Below, piece by piece: positions 16,726-24,459 of a stretch of DNA of 64,000 nt (positions are counted from its first letter, which is position 1; every line of letters begins with the position of its first letter). The notes under the pieces were generated by a model. The model saw only the letters and a list, made by a program, of their open reading frames with translations, searched no databases and had not been told where the DNA came from. This DNA comes from Ruminococcus sp. (GTDB lineage: Bacteria > Bacillota > Clostridia > Oscillospirales > Ruminococcaceae), in assembly GCA_031262105.1 (NCBI GenBank), contig JAISIH010000083.1, positions 3,219-67,218 on the forward strand, in the 5' to 3' direction. Both the position numbers and the translations under genes were made by a program.

Positions 16726-16742
16726 GCATTTGCTTTTGCACG

Positions 16743-16768
16743 GGGGGAGTTAAGCTCCCCCTTTTTTT
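16743..16768 (+). terminator. Intrinsic terminator of the stefin-like gene
   Basis: gggggag / ctccccc stem, 5-nt loop, followed by T7. Confidence 0.75.
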
Positions 16769-16907
16769 GCTTGTTTTTAATAATACTTATTTTTCGTTTT
16801 TTGCAAAGGCTGATTTTTTCTTAATACTATTTTTTCGTTTTTTGCAAAATGGTTTTGTTTTTTTGCTTGTTTTTTAATAATACTTATTTTTCGTTTTTTG
16901 CAAAGGG
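16765..16907. repeat. Three tandem copies (two full, one partial) of a roughly 45-bp A/T-rich unit ending in cgttttttgcaaa
   Basis: gcttgttttt(t)aataatacttatttttcgttttttgcaaagg occurs at about 16769..16809 and about 16865..16906. A partial copy (cttaatactattttttcgttttttgcaaaa) lies at about 16819..16848. Confidence 0.85.
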
Positions 16908-17006
16908 GAAGGAAGGGGGGCGGGGGGCAACCTGAGTACAATCTTGTCTCCACGAGTGAACATCTCCACTGTCCTCTTGTTTCCCCCCGCCCCCCTTCCC
17001 TCCCCT
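16904..17006. repeat. 24-bp G/C-rich inverted repeat flanking a 55-bp spacer
   Basis: 16904..16927 (aggggaaggaaggggggcgggggg) pairs with 16983..17006 (ccccccgccccccttccctcccct), 23 of 24 positions. I checked this base by base. Confidence 0.85.
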
Positions 17007-17074
17007 CTGCACTCCCCTCCTAACCCCTCACCCCCCTTCCATGGGCTTGGAAAAATGAATTTTGTTAATCACAA

Positions 17075-17105
17075 AAACGCCTTATCACTTACGGATAAGG
17101 CGTTT
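17075..17105. terminator. Orphan 12-bp perfect hairpin
   Basis: aaacgccttatc / gataaggcgttt with a 7-nt loop. It could be a back-up terminator for the xylanase gene or the 3' end of a small plus-strand transcript. Confidence 0.4.
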
Positions 17106-17157
17106 ACTTCAAAATCGGTAACAATGACTGACATAAAAAGTCTCTGAAGGGGGGTCT

Positions 17158-17189
17158 GGGGGGAAACTCTCCTCAGAGAGTTTCCCCCC
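17158..17189 (-). terminator. G6/C6-clamped 14-bp hairpin immediately 3' of the xylanase gene (copy 1 of a repeated element)
   Basis: ggggggaaactctc / gagagtttcccccc with a 4-nt loop, 8 nt from the stop codon at 17197. Confidence 0.55.
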
Positions 17190-17196
17190 AGCGTCC

Positions 17197-18489
17197 TTAC
17201 AGTGTCTCCGCTACTGCCGCTGCAATCTTAGTGCGGTCTACTACGCCCCAGAATGCGGGTTTTGCTATGAGGTCGCGGTCGAAGAGGAGGGGGTGGTTGG
17301 TTCTGCCGGTTACGGGGTAGTCGTTTAGCCATGTCATGCCGTCGTTGAAGCCCCACATTATTACTGCTTCGAGGTTGCCTTTTGCGGCTTCTTCGCGGAA
17401 CATATCGAAGAGGTCGGCGTAACGTTCGGCGAGCATTGTTTCATTCTCTGCGTTCATGTCGATGGTTTTGCTCTGGTCGTTCCATGAGTACATTGAGACG
17501 TCGAGTTCGGTTACTTGAATTATGAGGTCGGGGTTAAGCTCTTTGAGGGTCGCGAGCTTTTCGATGGCTGCCTTGAAATTATTGACATCAGGCCAGCCGA
17601 TTTGAATGTGGGCTTGGATGCCTACGCCGTCTATCGGAACGCCCTGTTCGAGCATTGATTTGACCGCTTCATAGAAGGAGTTTAACTTGTTCGGGTCTTG
17701 TTCTAAGCTGTAGTCGTTGATGATAAGCTTCGCGTCGGGGTCTGCGGCGCGGGCAATGTAGAATGCCTGCTCCATGAAGTCGTATTCGTCACCGTCGCCG
17801 TCAAGGTCGCCGACGATGCCGGGCCAGAACGAGCCCTCGCCCATCTCACGCATACCCCTGCCGGAGTCGGAAAATGCCTCGTTCACGACGTCGTAGTAAG
17901 CAATCTTGCCTTTATAACGCCCCATGACTGTGTTTATGTATTCGGTCATGCGGGCGATAAGCTCGTCGGAGGTTGCCCTGCCGTCTTCTCCGCTGCCCTC
18001 AAACCACCACTGCGGCGCTTGGGAATGCCAAACGAGGGTGTGTCCGCGAAGCTTTACTTCGGGATTCTCTTCGCCGAACTTTACGAATAAATCGGGGGCG
18101 GTGAAGTCGAAAACGCCCTTCGCGGGGTTAACGTACATGGGCTTCATCTCGTTTTCGGTCGTGAAGATGTTGTAGTGCTTCTTGATAATTTCGGCGGAGG
18201 CTGTTCCGTCTTCAAGCTGAACTGTGTTAACCGCTGTTCCTATGAGGAAATCGTCTGCAAACACGTCTTTGAGGTTCGGGAGTGCCTCTGCGTAGGCGGG
18301 GAGGCGATATTCTTTTCCGTCAAATTTACTTTCAAGGGTTGTAACTTCCGGGGTTTCGGCGGTTGCTTGTCCGGCTGTGGTTTGATCGACTGCCGGCGCT
18401 ATTGTTGTGTTATCTCCTGCGGTTACTGTGCAGGCGGTGAGCAGCATTGTTAATGCAAGCGCGGCGACTGCGGGCTTAAAAAATTTCAT
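17197..18489 (-). CDS. GH10 endo-1,4-beta-xylanase, lipoprotein
   Basis: Lipobox LLTAC at the N-terminus. GH10 motifs HTLVWHSQ, DVVNEA (acid/base Glu) and ITELDV (nucleophile Glu). Confidence 0.9.
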   Translation of the reverse strand: MKFFKPAVAALALTMLLTACTVTAGDNTTIAPAVDQTTAGQATAETPEVTTLESKFDGKEYRLPAYAEALPNLKDVFADDFLIGTAVNTVQLEDGTASAEIIKKHYNIFTTENEMKPMYVNPAKGVFDFTAPDLFVKFGEENPEVKLRGHTLVWHSQAPQWWFEGSGEDGRATSDELIARMTEYINTVMGRYKGKIAYYDVVNEAFSDSGRGMREMGEGSFWPGIVGDLDGDGDEYDFMEQAFYIARAADPDAKLIINDYSLEQDPNKLNSFYEAVKSMLEQGVPIDGVGIQAHIQIGWPDVNNFKAAIEKLATLKELNPDLIIQVTELDVSMYSWNDQSKTIDMNAENETMLAERYADLFDMFREEAAKGNLEAVIMWGFNDGMTWLNDYPVTGRTNHPLLFDRDLIAKPAFWGVVDRTKIAAAVAETL

Positions 18490-18551
18490 TAAAATCCTCC
18501 ATGGTGTAGATTACCTTTTATGATAACACAAAATAACGCCCTTTTCAAGCG

Positions 18552-20048
18552 TTATTTTGTGATATTTTTGTGTCTAAACTGTTCGGCAATCTCGCGAAAT
18601 ACCGGGGCGGCGGTCAGCGTGCCGGAGATTCCGTCTTCGACGACGACGGTTACGGCGTATTCGGGGTTTTCATAGGGGAAAAACCCTGTAAACCACACGT
18701 GGACAATCTCTTTTCCGTCCGCCCTGTAATGCCCTGTCTGGGCTGTCGAGGTCTTGCCGGCGGCGGTTACGTTTTCGGGGACGGCTGTTTTTACCGACGT
18801 TTTAATTGTGTCGAACATTGCGGCGCGAAGAAATTCTGCCGTTTCCTCCGACATAACGCGAACGGGCGGGACGGGGTTAACTTCCGCTAATTTCGCGTCG
18901 TTAATGTTATCCGCAACGCCCATCACAAGCCTCGGCGAGGGGAGAAGTCCGCCGCTCGCTATCGAGACGGTGAAGCGGCAAATCTGGAACGGCGAGGCAG
19001 TCAGCTTCCCCTGCCCGAACGAGAGATTCGCACGTTCTGCCGGGACTTGAAGCTCTGATATTGTCGGGAGGTTGCCGGAAGAGGTTACAATCCCCGGGGC
19101 TAACGTTGACGACGTTCCGAAGCCGTATGCGGATAAATTGCCCAAATATTTCGACAGGCTTATATCACTGCAAAGGCTGATAAAAAACGGGTTGCAGGAA
19201 TATACAATTGCGTCGTGAATGTCGATTATGCCGTGCCCTGCCCAGCTGTGACAGTTAAACCGCACGCCCTTCACGTCGATATAGCCCTTGCAGTTGTAGG
19301 TGTAGTCGGGGGAGATGTTTTCGTGAAGTGCCTCTGCGGCGGCGGTCAGCTTAAAGACAGAGCCTACAGCGAACGGCGCGAACGCCCTGTTATAAAGCGG
19401 CGAGTCGGGTGCGTTAACGTAATCGGCAATGTTTGTCGGGTCAAAATCCGGGAAACTTTCGGACGCGATAATGTCGCCGCTCATGTTCATAATCACGACT
19501 GCGCCTTTCGTCAAGCCCTCCCTTGCCGCCGCCTCACGCACGAGCCGCCCGACGTCTTTGTCGAGCGTTAAAACAACCCCGCCCGAAACAGGCTCATTCG
19601 GGGTTATCTGATAATCCAAACCGTCAAGGACAGCCCCCTTAGCGTTCGCCGGGAAGGTTATCTTCCCCTCTTGGCGCAGACTTTCAAGGTAATTTTTATA
19701 CGCCCGCTCAATCCCGGTTGCAGTTTCGCCGGAATTGTAGCCTAAAATATGAACGGCGTTTGCTTCATTATAGCGGCGGGTAGTTTCAAAAAGATAGTCT
19801 TCCGCCGTAACCTCGGTTAAGACGGGCTTTCCGCCCTCGGTTTTTACAGCAAGATAAACGCGGTCGGTGTTTGTGAAGCTCTTTTTATTGCGGTCATAAA
19901 TATTGCCGTAACCGCCGTCAACCGTTATAGAGACAGAGCCGCCGCCCGCGTCTGCCAAGATTATATTGCCTTGCAAAGAGGCGATGCGGTAAATCAGCCC
20001 GCCGGAAATTAAAACGGATAAAATGCCGATTATATACAGTCTTTTCAT
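18552..20048 (-). CDS. Penicillin-binding protein (class B transpeptidase, PBP2/SpoVD-like)
   Basis: N-terminal TM segment. SxxK (SVFK), SxN (SCN) and a KTG-like motif (KTSTAQ). Confidence 0.8.
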   Translation of the reverse strand: MKRLYIIGILSVLISGGLIYRIASLQGNIILADAGGGSVSITVDGGYGNIYDRNKKSFTNTDRVYLAVKTEGGKPVLTEVTAEDYLFETTRRYNEANAVHILGYNSGETATGIERAYKNYLESLRQEGKITFPANAKGAVLDGLDYQITPNEPVSGGVVLTLDKDVGRLVREAAAREGLTKGAVVIMNMSGDIIASESFPDFDPTNIADYVNAPDSPLYNRAFAPFAVGSVFKLTAAAEALHENISPDYTYNCKGYIDVKGVRFNCHSWAGHGIIDIHDAIVYSCNPFFISLCSDISLSKYLGNLSAYGFGTSSTLAPGIVTSSGNLPTISELQVPAERANLSFGQGKLTASPFQICRFTVSIASGGLLPSPRLVMGVADNINDAKLAEVNPVPPVRVMSEETAEFLRAAMFDTIKTSVKTAVPENVTAAGKTSTAQTGHYRADGKEIVHVWFTGFFPYENPEYAVTVVVEDGISGTLTAAPVFREIAEQFRHKNITK

Positions 20049-20143
20049 GCATATAATATTGACATTTTATCCATTATTTATACTAAATAATGCGTTCAAA
20101 ACCGCCCATACTATTAGAAAAACAAAACGGGGGTTAAAAACAT

Positions 20144-20488
20144 ATGAAAATAACAGCGGAATTCGACAGCGTAGACACTGCGGACATTGTCGCGGCATCG
20201 CTACGGCACCAAATCGCAGGAATGGCAGATATAAAAGTTTTCTCGCCGGAACTTACCGACCATGGAACGGAACGTGTTTTCCAAGGCTTCGCGCCGGCGT
20301 ATTCAAACACAGTCGGCGGAGCTTCTTTCGGTATGTCGGTCGGGAATTCTTCCGACAGCCGTTTCGGGACTGCCCCGGACAGCTACTCTAAGGCGGTAAG
20401 GGTTCAGCTTATCTGCCGCAAGGACGATGCACAGCTTGCGAAGCGGATTATGATTGGTTACGGCGGCAGAGACTTAAGAGGGTCGTGA
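20144..20488 (+). CDS. Hypothetical protein (114 aa)
   Basis: ORF with a plausible GGGGG-type RBS. No recognisable motif. Confidence 0.4.
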   Translation: MKITAEFDSVDTADIVAASLRHQIAGMADIKVFSPELTDHGTERVFQGFAPAYSNTVGGASFGMSVGNSSDSRFGTAPDSYSKAVRVQLICRKDDAQLAKRIMIGYGGRDLRGS

Positions 20489-20514
20489 GGGCTGGGGGGT
20501 ATATTTATACCCCC

Positions 20515-20772
20515 TTAGGTGTGGTTTGGTGTGCGGGCTACTTTGTTGATGCATTTTATTACTATAATGTCGAGGCCTGTTGCGTGGGATTGGTTCATTG
20601 TGTCGGTTCTGCCGAAGAGTTCGCCTTTGTGGGAGGTTACGTATTTTGTGGGGACGGAGTTCAGGGCAAGCGCCATCATGTCGTCCTTGCAGATTTCACA
20701 TTTACAGCAATCAAAATTGTCAAGAAGATGGTCGAGACGTTCTCTAACAATACTCTCCATAATGTTTACCAT
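20515..20772 (-). CDS. ComFB-family (late competence development) protein
   Basis: 85 aa with the ComFB-like CCKCEICKDD cysteine cluster and VPTKYV. Confidence 0.65.
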   Translation of the reverse strand: MVNIMESIVRERLDHLLDNFDCCKCEICKDDMMALALNSVPTKYVTSHKGELFGRTDTMNQSHATGLDIIVIKCINKVARTPNHT

Positions 20773-20795
20773 AAAAAAGTCCTCTTTTCAGTTAA

Positions 20796-22076
20796 TTAGC
20801 TAAAGTTATTCATAACAAGCCCGGTAATGAGTTTCGGGTAGAAATAGGTTGACTTTTGCGGCATCTTTTCATTCGCCGCCGCAACGTCGCTGATTTCCTT
20901 AACCTTTGTCGGGTTTAGGATAAATGCGCAGTTCGCTTCATTATTGTCAACCGCCTCAAGGGCTTCGATAACGTCCCTTGTGTAGGTGAGGTTTTTCTGA
21001 TTCGCCATGTTTTCCTTATCAATCCCCAAAATCCCCTCTAAAACGAGCGTGTGGAGGACGGAAACGTCAAGCCCGGTATACGCGTCGGACATCTCGGGCA
21101 GCACTTTTTTTACGGCGGCTTTATCTTTTAGGCGGAAAATCTTGCAGTTCCCGCCGCCTGTGTACATAGCGAAAGTCTCTTCGCCCCTGTCGTAATCCAT
21201 ATGGAGGGCGGCGGTCATAGCATCTTGGTTAGCCGCATCCGTTATCTCGAAAAGGTTTTCGGAAGCTTTTATAACCTTGTCCGCATCGAAATTTTCAAGA
21301 CCGCGAACAATCCTGTGTGTCGGGAAGATAACGAGACCGTCATTCTCGATATTGACGAGGAACATCTCGATATAACCCGAATTTTCGGTTGCCTTGCCGT
21401 CCGCTAATAATTTCTTTTGGAAATTTAAGGCGGTTTCGTAACGGTGGTGTCCGTCCGCGATATAGAGCTTCTTTTCGTTGAACATTGTTGTTAACTTTTC
21501 GATAATATCGGTGTCGGTTACTGCTGTGATACGGTGGATTGTGCCGTCCGGGTCGGTTATTACTGCATCGGGGTTGTTGCCTAAAACGTTTATTATGCCG
21601 CTTACTCCGCCGTCTTCGTCAAAATAGAGCGAATAAATCTGTGAGAAGTTGCACATCGTTTCAGTCATGAGGTTGAAGCGGTCGGTTTTCGCCTTCGAGA
21701 GGGTTTCTTCATGCGGAAGCACAACGCCGTCCGCGAATTCGCGAAGCTCGACAAGGCTTATGAAGCCTTTGAGGCTGTTTCTCCTGCCGTTCGCGGTGAA
21801 TTCCATCTCGTATACATAAAACGCCGCCTGCTCGTCAAGGGTTAAAATCTGCTTGTCAAGCCATTCGCGCAAGGTCTCCCCCGCCGCTTTATAGCGGTTA
21901 TCGCCGTCGTCAATGTTCGGAAGCTCGAGGCGGATAATGTTATAGGGGTTCTTTTTTATGTAATCTTCCCTTTGCGCCTTTGAAATAATGTCGTAGGGCG
22001 GGCAGACAAGCTCGTTAATGTCCCCCGCATTCTTCGTTACAAACCGCATACCGCGGAAAGGTTTCAGCTTCGCCAT
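20796..22076 (-). CDS. DUF1015 domain protein
   Basis: N-terminal KPFRGMRF...CPPYDIIS, characteristic of DUF1015; 426 aa. Confidence 0.8.
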   Translation of the reverse strand: MAKLKPFRGMRFVTKNAGDINELVCPPYDIISKAQREDYIKKNPYNIIRLELPNIDDGDNRYKAAGETLREWLDKQILTLDEQAAFYVYEMEFTANGRRNSLKGFISLVELREFADGVVLPHEETLSKAKTDRFNLMTETMCNFSQIYSLYFDEDGGVSGIINVLGNNPDAVITDPDGTIHRITAVTDTDIIEKLTTMFNEKKLYIADGHHRYETALNFQKKLLADGKATENSGYIEMFLVNIENDGLVIFPTHRIVRGLENFDADKVIKASENLFEITDAANQDAMTAALHMDYDRGEETFAMYTGGGNCKIFRLKDKAAVKKVLPEMSDAYTGLDVSVLHTLVLEGILGIDKENMANQKNLTYTRDVIEALEAVDNNEANCAFILNPTKVKEISDVAAANEKMPQKSTYFYPKLITGLVMNNFS

Positions 22077-22081
22077 AGTCT

Positions 22082-22513
22082 TTATTCACTTTCTATTAAT
22101 TTTAGAAATTCTTCCGGGGAAACTCCTTTAACTTCGGAGGCGGTGTAGTCTTTTAGGTTGCGGGTAACTATGAATTCGGCGTTTTCTTTCACCGCGCAAA
22201 GCATCTGCAAGCGATCCTCGAAATCTTTGTATTGCGGTTCATCTAAAGCACGTATTGTCATTCCGCTCTCAACCTCGCTGACACGGAACAGATAACAAAG
22301 CCCTAACAAAGTATTTCTGATATTTTTGGGATAATCTATTTTCTTTTTGTCTTTGCTTAAAAGATAAAACATATTCGCAACGCATTGTGTAGTAATAATT
22401 CCGATGAATCTGTGCCGGTGTTTATACTCAATTATCTTCGCGGCGTTCTCATAAAAAGGTTCGCGCCTTTGCGCATAATCCATCAAAACGTCGGTATCAA
22501 TCAATACGACCAT
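22082..22513 (-). CDS. PIN-domain toxin (VapC-like)
   Basis: Starts VVLIDTDVLMDY (first acidic PIN residue). It overlaps the upstream small gene by 17 nt, a typical TA layout. Confidence 0.7.
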   Translation of the reverse strand: MVVLIDTDVLMDYAQRREPFYENAAKIIEYKHRHRFIGIITTQCVANMFYLLSKDKKKIDYPKNIRNTLLGLCYLFRVSEVESGMTIRALDEPQYKDFEDRLQMLCAVKENAEFIVTRNLKDYTASEVKGVSPEEFLKLIESE

Positions 22514-22757
22514 ATTTTCCCTCTAAATATTCCTGTTTAGCTTTGTCAAAGTCAACGTCAGAAACATCAATGTTTTTTATAGACTCTGTCAGCATTTTAT
22601 AACCGAGTTCAACACGATCCTGCTCTTCTTTGGAATAGAGGGGCTTATGGCGGGAGTCAAAACCTTTTCTTAAATCCCTGACGAAATTAAGTATTACAGC
22701 AAGCTTGTTTTGCGGTAAATCCGCCATCTCTGTTACAATTTGTTCTTGATATGACAT
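22497..22757 (-). CDS. Putative antitoxin partner of the PIN toxin (86 aa)
   Basis: Small ORF translationally coupled upstream of the PIN gene. Called on context only. Confidence 0.5.
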   Translation of the reverse strand: MSYQEQIVTEMADLPQNKLAVILNFVRDLRKGFDSRHKPLYSKEEQDRVELGYKMLTESIKNIDVSDVDFDKAKQEYLEGKYGRID

Positions 22758-22768
22758 AATTCCCCTCC

Positions 22769-24133
22769 TTACCTCTCCCCGAGAGGTTTATACTCTGTTC
22801 GCGGCTGTACGGCTTTGTATGCGGGGCGGATAATCTTTCCTTGGTTTGCAAGTTCTTCCATGCGGTGGGCTGACCAGCCGGCTATCCGCGATATTGCGAA
22901 AAGCGGGGTGTAGAGTTCTTGCGGGAGCCCTAACATACTGTACGCAAAACCGCTGTAAAAATCCACGTTCGCCGAGACGCCCTTATAAATCTTCCGATGT
23001 TCGGATATGGCAATCGGCGCAAGCCGCTCGATTAGCTGATACAGCGCATACTCTTCCGCAAGATCCTTCTCCTTCGCCAAAACCGCAACCGCCTTCTTAA
23101 GAAGGTTCGCACGAGGATCAGACAGGCTGTATACTGCGTGACCCATGCCGTAGATTAACCCCGAACGGTCGAAGCCGTCTTTGCCCAGCAGTCTTAGAAG
23201 GTAATTTTTTACGGCATCTTCGTCCCGCCAGTCGGTGAGGTTCGATTTCATATCCTCGAACATTTGTGTTACTTTTATATTCGCGCCGCCGTGCTTCGGT
23301 CCCTTAAGGCTCGCGAGGGCGGCGGAGATTGCCGCGTAGGTGTCGGTTCCCGACGAGGTTACAACGTGGGTTGTGAAGGTCGAGTTGTTGCCGCCGCCGT
23401 GTTCTGCATGAAGCACAAGCGCAAGGTCTAAGACCGCCGCTTCTGCCTCTGTAAAACAACAATCCGGGCGGAGCATATGCAGGATATTCTGCGCGATGGA
23501 ATATTCAGGAAGCGGGTTATGTATAAAGAAGCTTCCGCCGTCGATATAATAATTCTTCGCCTGATAAGAATAAACCGAAATCAGCGGCATCAGCGCAATC
23601 AGCTCGAGAGACTGGCGGAGGACGTTCGGGAGGGATGTATCGTTCGGGAAGTCGTCGTAAGAAAATAGCGTTAAAACTCCCCTCGCAAGCGCGTTCATAA
23701 GGTCGTCGGAGGGCGATTTCATTATTACGTCGCGGACAAATGTCGGCGGCAGGGTTCTAAATGAGGAAAGCAGCCCCGAAAACTCGTCAAGCTCTGTATC
23801 GGTCGGGAGCTGCCCGAAAAGAAGCAGATAGCAGGTTTCTTCAAACCCGAAACGCTTATCCGCCAAAAACCCGGCGGTAATATCGTTTACGTCGATTCCG
23901 CGGTAAAAAAGCCGCCCTTCGGAGGGGATCATCTTTCCGTTTTCTTCAATATATGACTCAATTTCGGAGATCTCCGTAAGTCCGGCTAAAACGCCTTTGC
24001 CGTTAAGGTCGCGCAAACCCCGCTTTACGTCATATTTCGTATAAAGCTCCGGGTCGATATTTGAGTTCCCGACACAAAGCTCTGTATATTTCTGGATAAG
24101 CGGCGATACGTCCGAGAAGGTGAAGTTGAACAT
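22769..24133 (-). CDS. gltA: Citrate synthase (citrate/2-methylcitrate synthase family)
   Basis: 454 aa. Catalytic-region motifs HAEHGGGNNSTF and GMGHAVY. AAGGAGG RBS. Confidence 0.9.
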   Translation of the reverse strand: MFNFTFSDVSPLIQKYTELCVGNSNIDPELYTKYDVKRGLRDLNGKGVLAGLTEISEIESYIEENGKMIPSEGRLFYRGIDVNDITAGFLADKRFGFEETCYLLLFGQLPTDTELDEFSGLLSSFRTLPPTFVRDVIMKSPSDDLMNALARGVLTLFSYDDFPNDTSLPNVLRQSLELIALMPLISVYSYQAKNYYIDGGSFFIHNPLPEYSIAQNILHMLRPDCCFTEAEAAVLDLALVLHAEHGGGNNSTFTTHVVTSSGTDTYAAISAALASLKGPKHGGANIKVTQMFEDMKSNLTDWRDEDAVKNYLLRLLGKDGFDRSGLIYGMGHAVYSLSDPRANLLKKAVAVLAKEKDLAEEYALYQLIERLAPIAISEHRKIYKGVSANVDFYSGFAYSMLGLPQELYTPLFAISRIAGWSAHRMEELANQGKIIRPAYKAVQPRTEYKPLGER

Positions 24134-24340
24134 TACGTTGCCTCCTTTTTTGCAGGTTTATATAGCCATTTAACTTGAAAATCCTAAAGGATTTTCAAGC
24201 GAAAAACAAAGTTTTTCGCTTTTGCGGCACGCCGCAAAAGTTAACGCCTGAGTAGATTCGGCTCGCAAGGCGAGCTACCGCGCTTTGCGCGGTGACTTAA
24301 AAACACCCCGGTGTTTTTAAGTTAATCTACTATACCTATT
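24134..24340 (-). promoter_or_regulatory. About 200-nt highly structured 5' leader of citrate synthase (six perfect hairpins, including an 81-nt four-way junction)
   Basis: Hairpins verified base by base at 24173..24198, 24199..24217, 24218..24239, 24260..24274, 24276..24292 and 24294..24321. An outer stem pairs 24250..24257 with 24323..24330. The region lies between a consensus promoter and the RBS. Confidence 0.5.
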
Positions 24341-24346
24341 CATTTT

Positions 24347-24375
24347 TATTATACACCATTTTTTACAGATTGTCA
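24347..24375 (-). promoter_or_regulatory. Consensus sigma-A-type promoter upstream of the structured leader and citrate synthase
   Basis: On the minus strand: TTGACA (24375..24370), a 17-nt spacer, then TATAAT (24352..24347). Confidence 0.65.
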
Positions 24376-24403
24376 AGCCGCATTTTATAGATTTTTTTGT
24401 AAA

Positions 24404-24440
24404 AAAGGAAAGATACCGCATTTTTCGCGGTATCTTTCCT
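24404..24440 (-). terminator. Intrinsic terminator of surface-protein gene 1
   Basis: 15-bp stem aaggaaagataccgc / gcggtatctttcctt, followed on the minus strand by a T-run. Confidence 0.75.
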
Positions 24441-24459
24441 TAATAAACTTTGGAAGAAG

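Noticed and set aside
16904-17006. Invertible promoter (inverton) interpretation of the 24-bp inverted repeat
   Set aside because: The spacer is only 55 bp. I could not find a convincing -35/-10 pair inside it, and no recombinase gene is nearby. I report it only as an unusual inverted repeat.
16944-17147. 67-aa Pro-rich ORF in the repeat-rich intergenic region
   Set aside because: It has a low-complexity translation of the C-rich tract and no RBS, and it spans hairpins. It is most likely non-coding.
24250-24330. The 81-nt cloverleaf as a tRNA or tRNA-like gene
   Set aside because: The arms are 12, 7 and 6 bp with 3-4-nt loops. There is no 7-nt anticodon loop, no T-loop (TTCRA), no D-loop and no discriminator/CCA context. 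Only the four-way topology resembles a tRNA.
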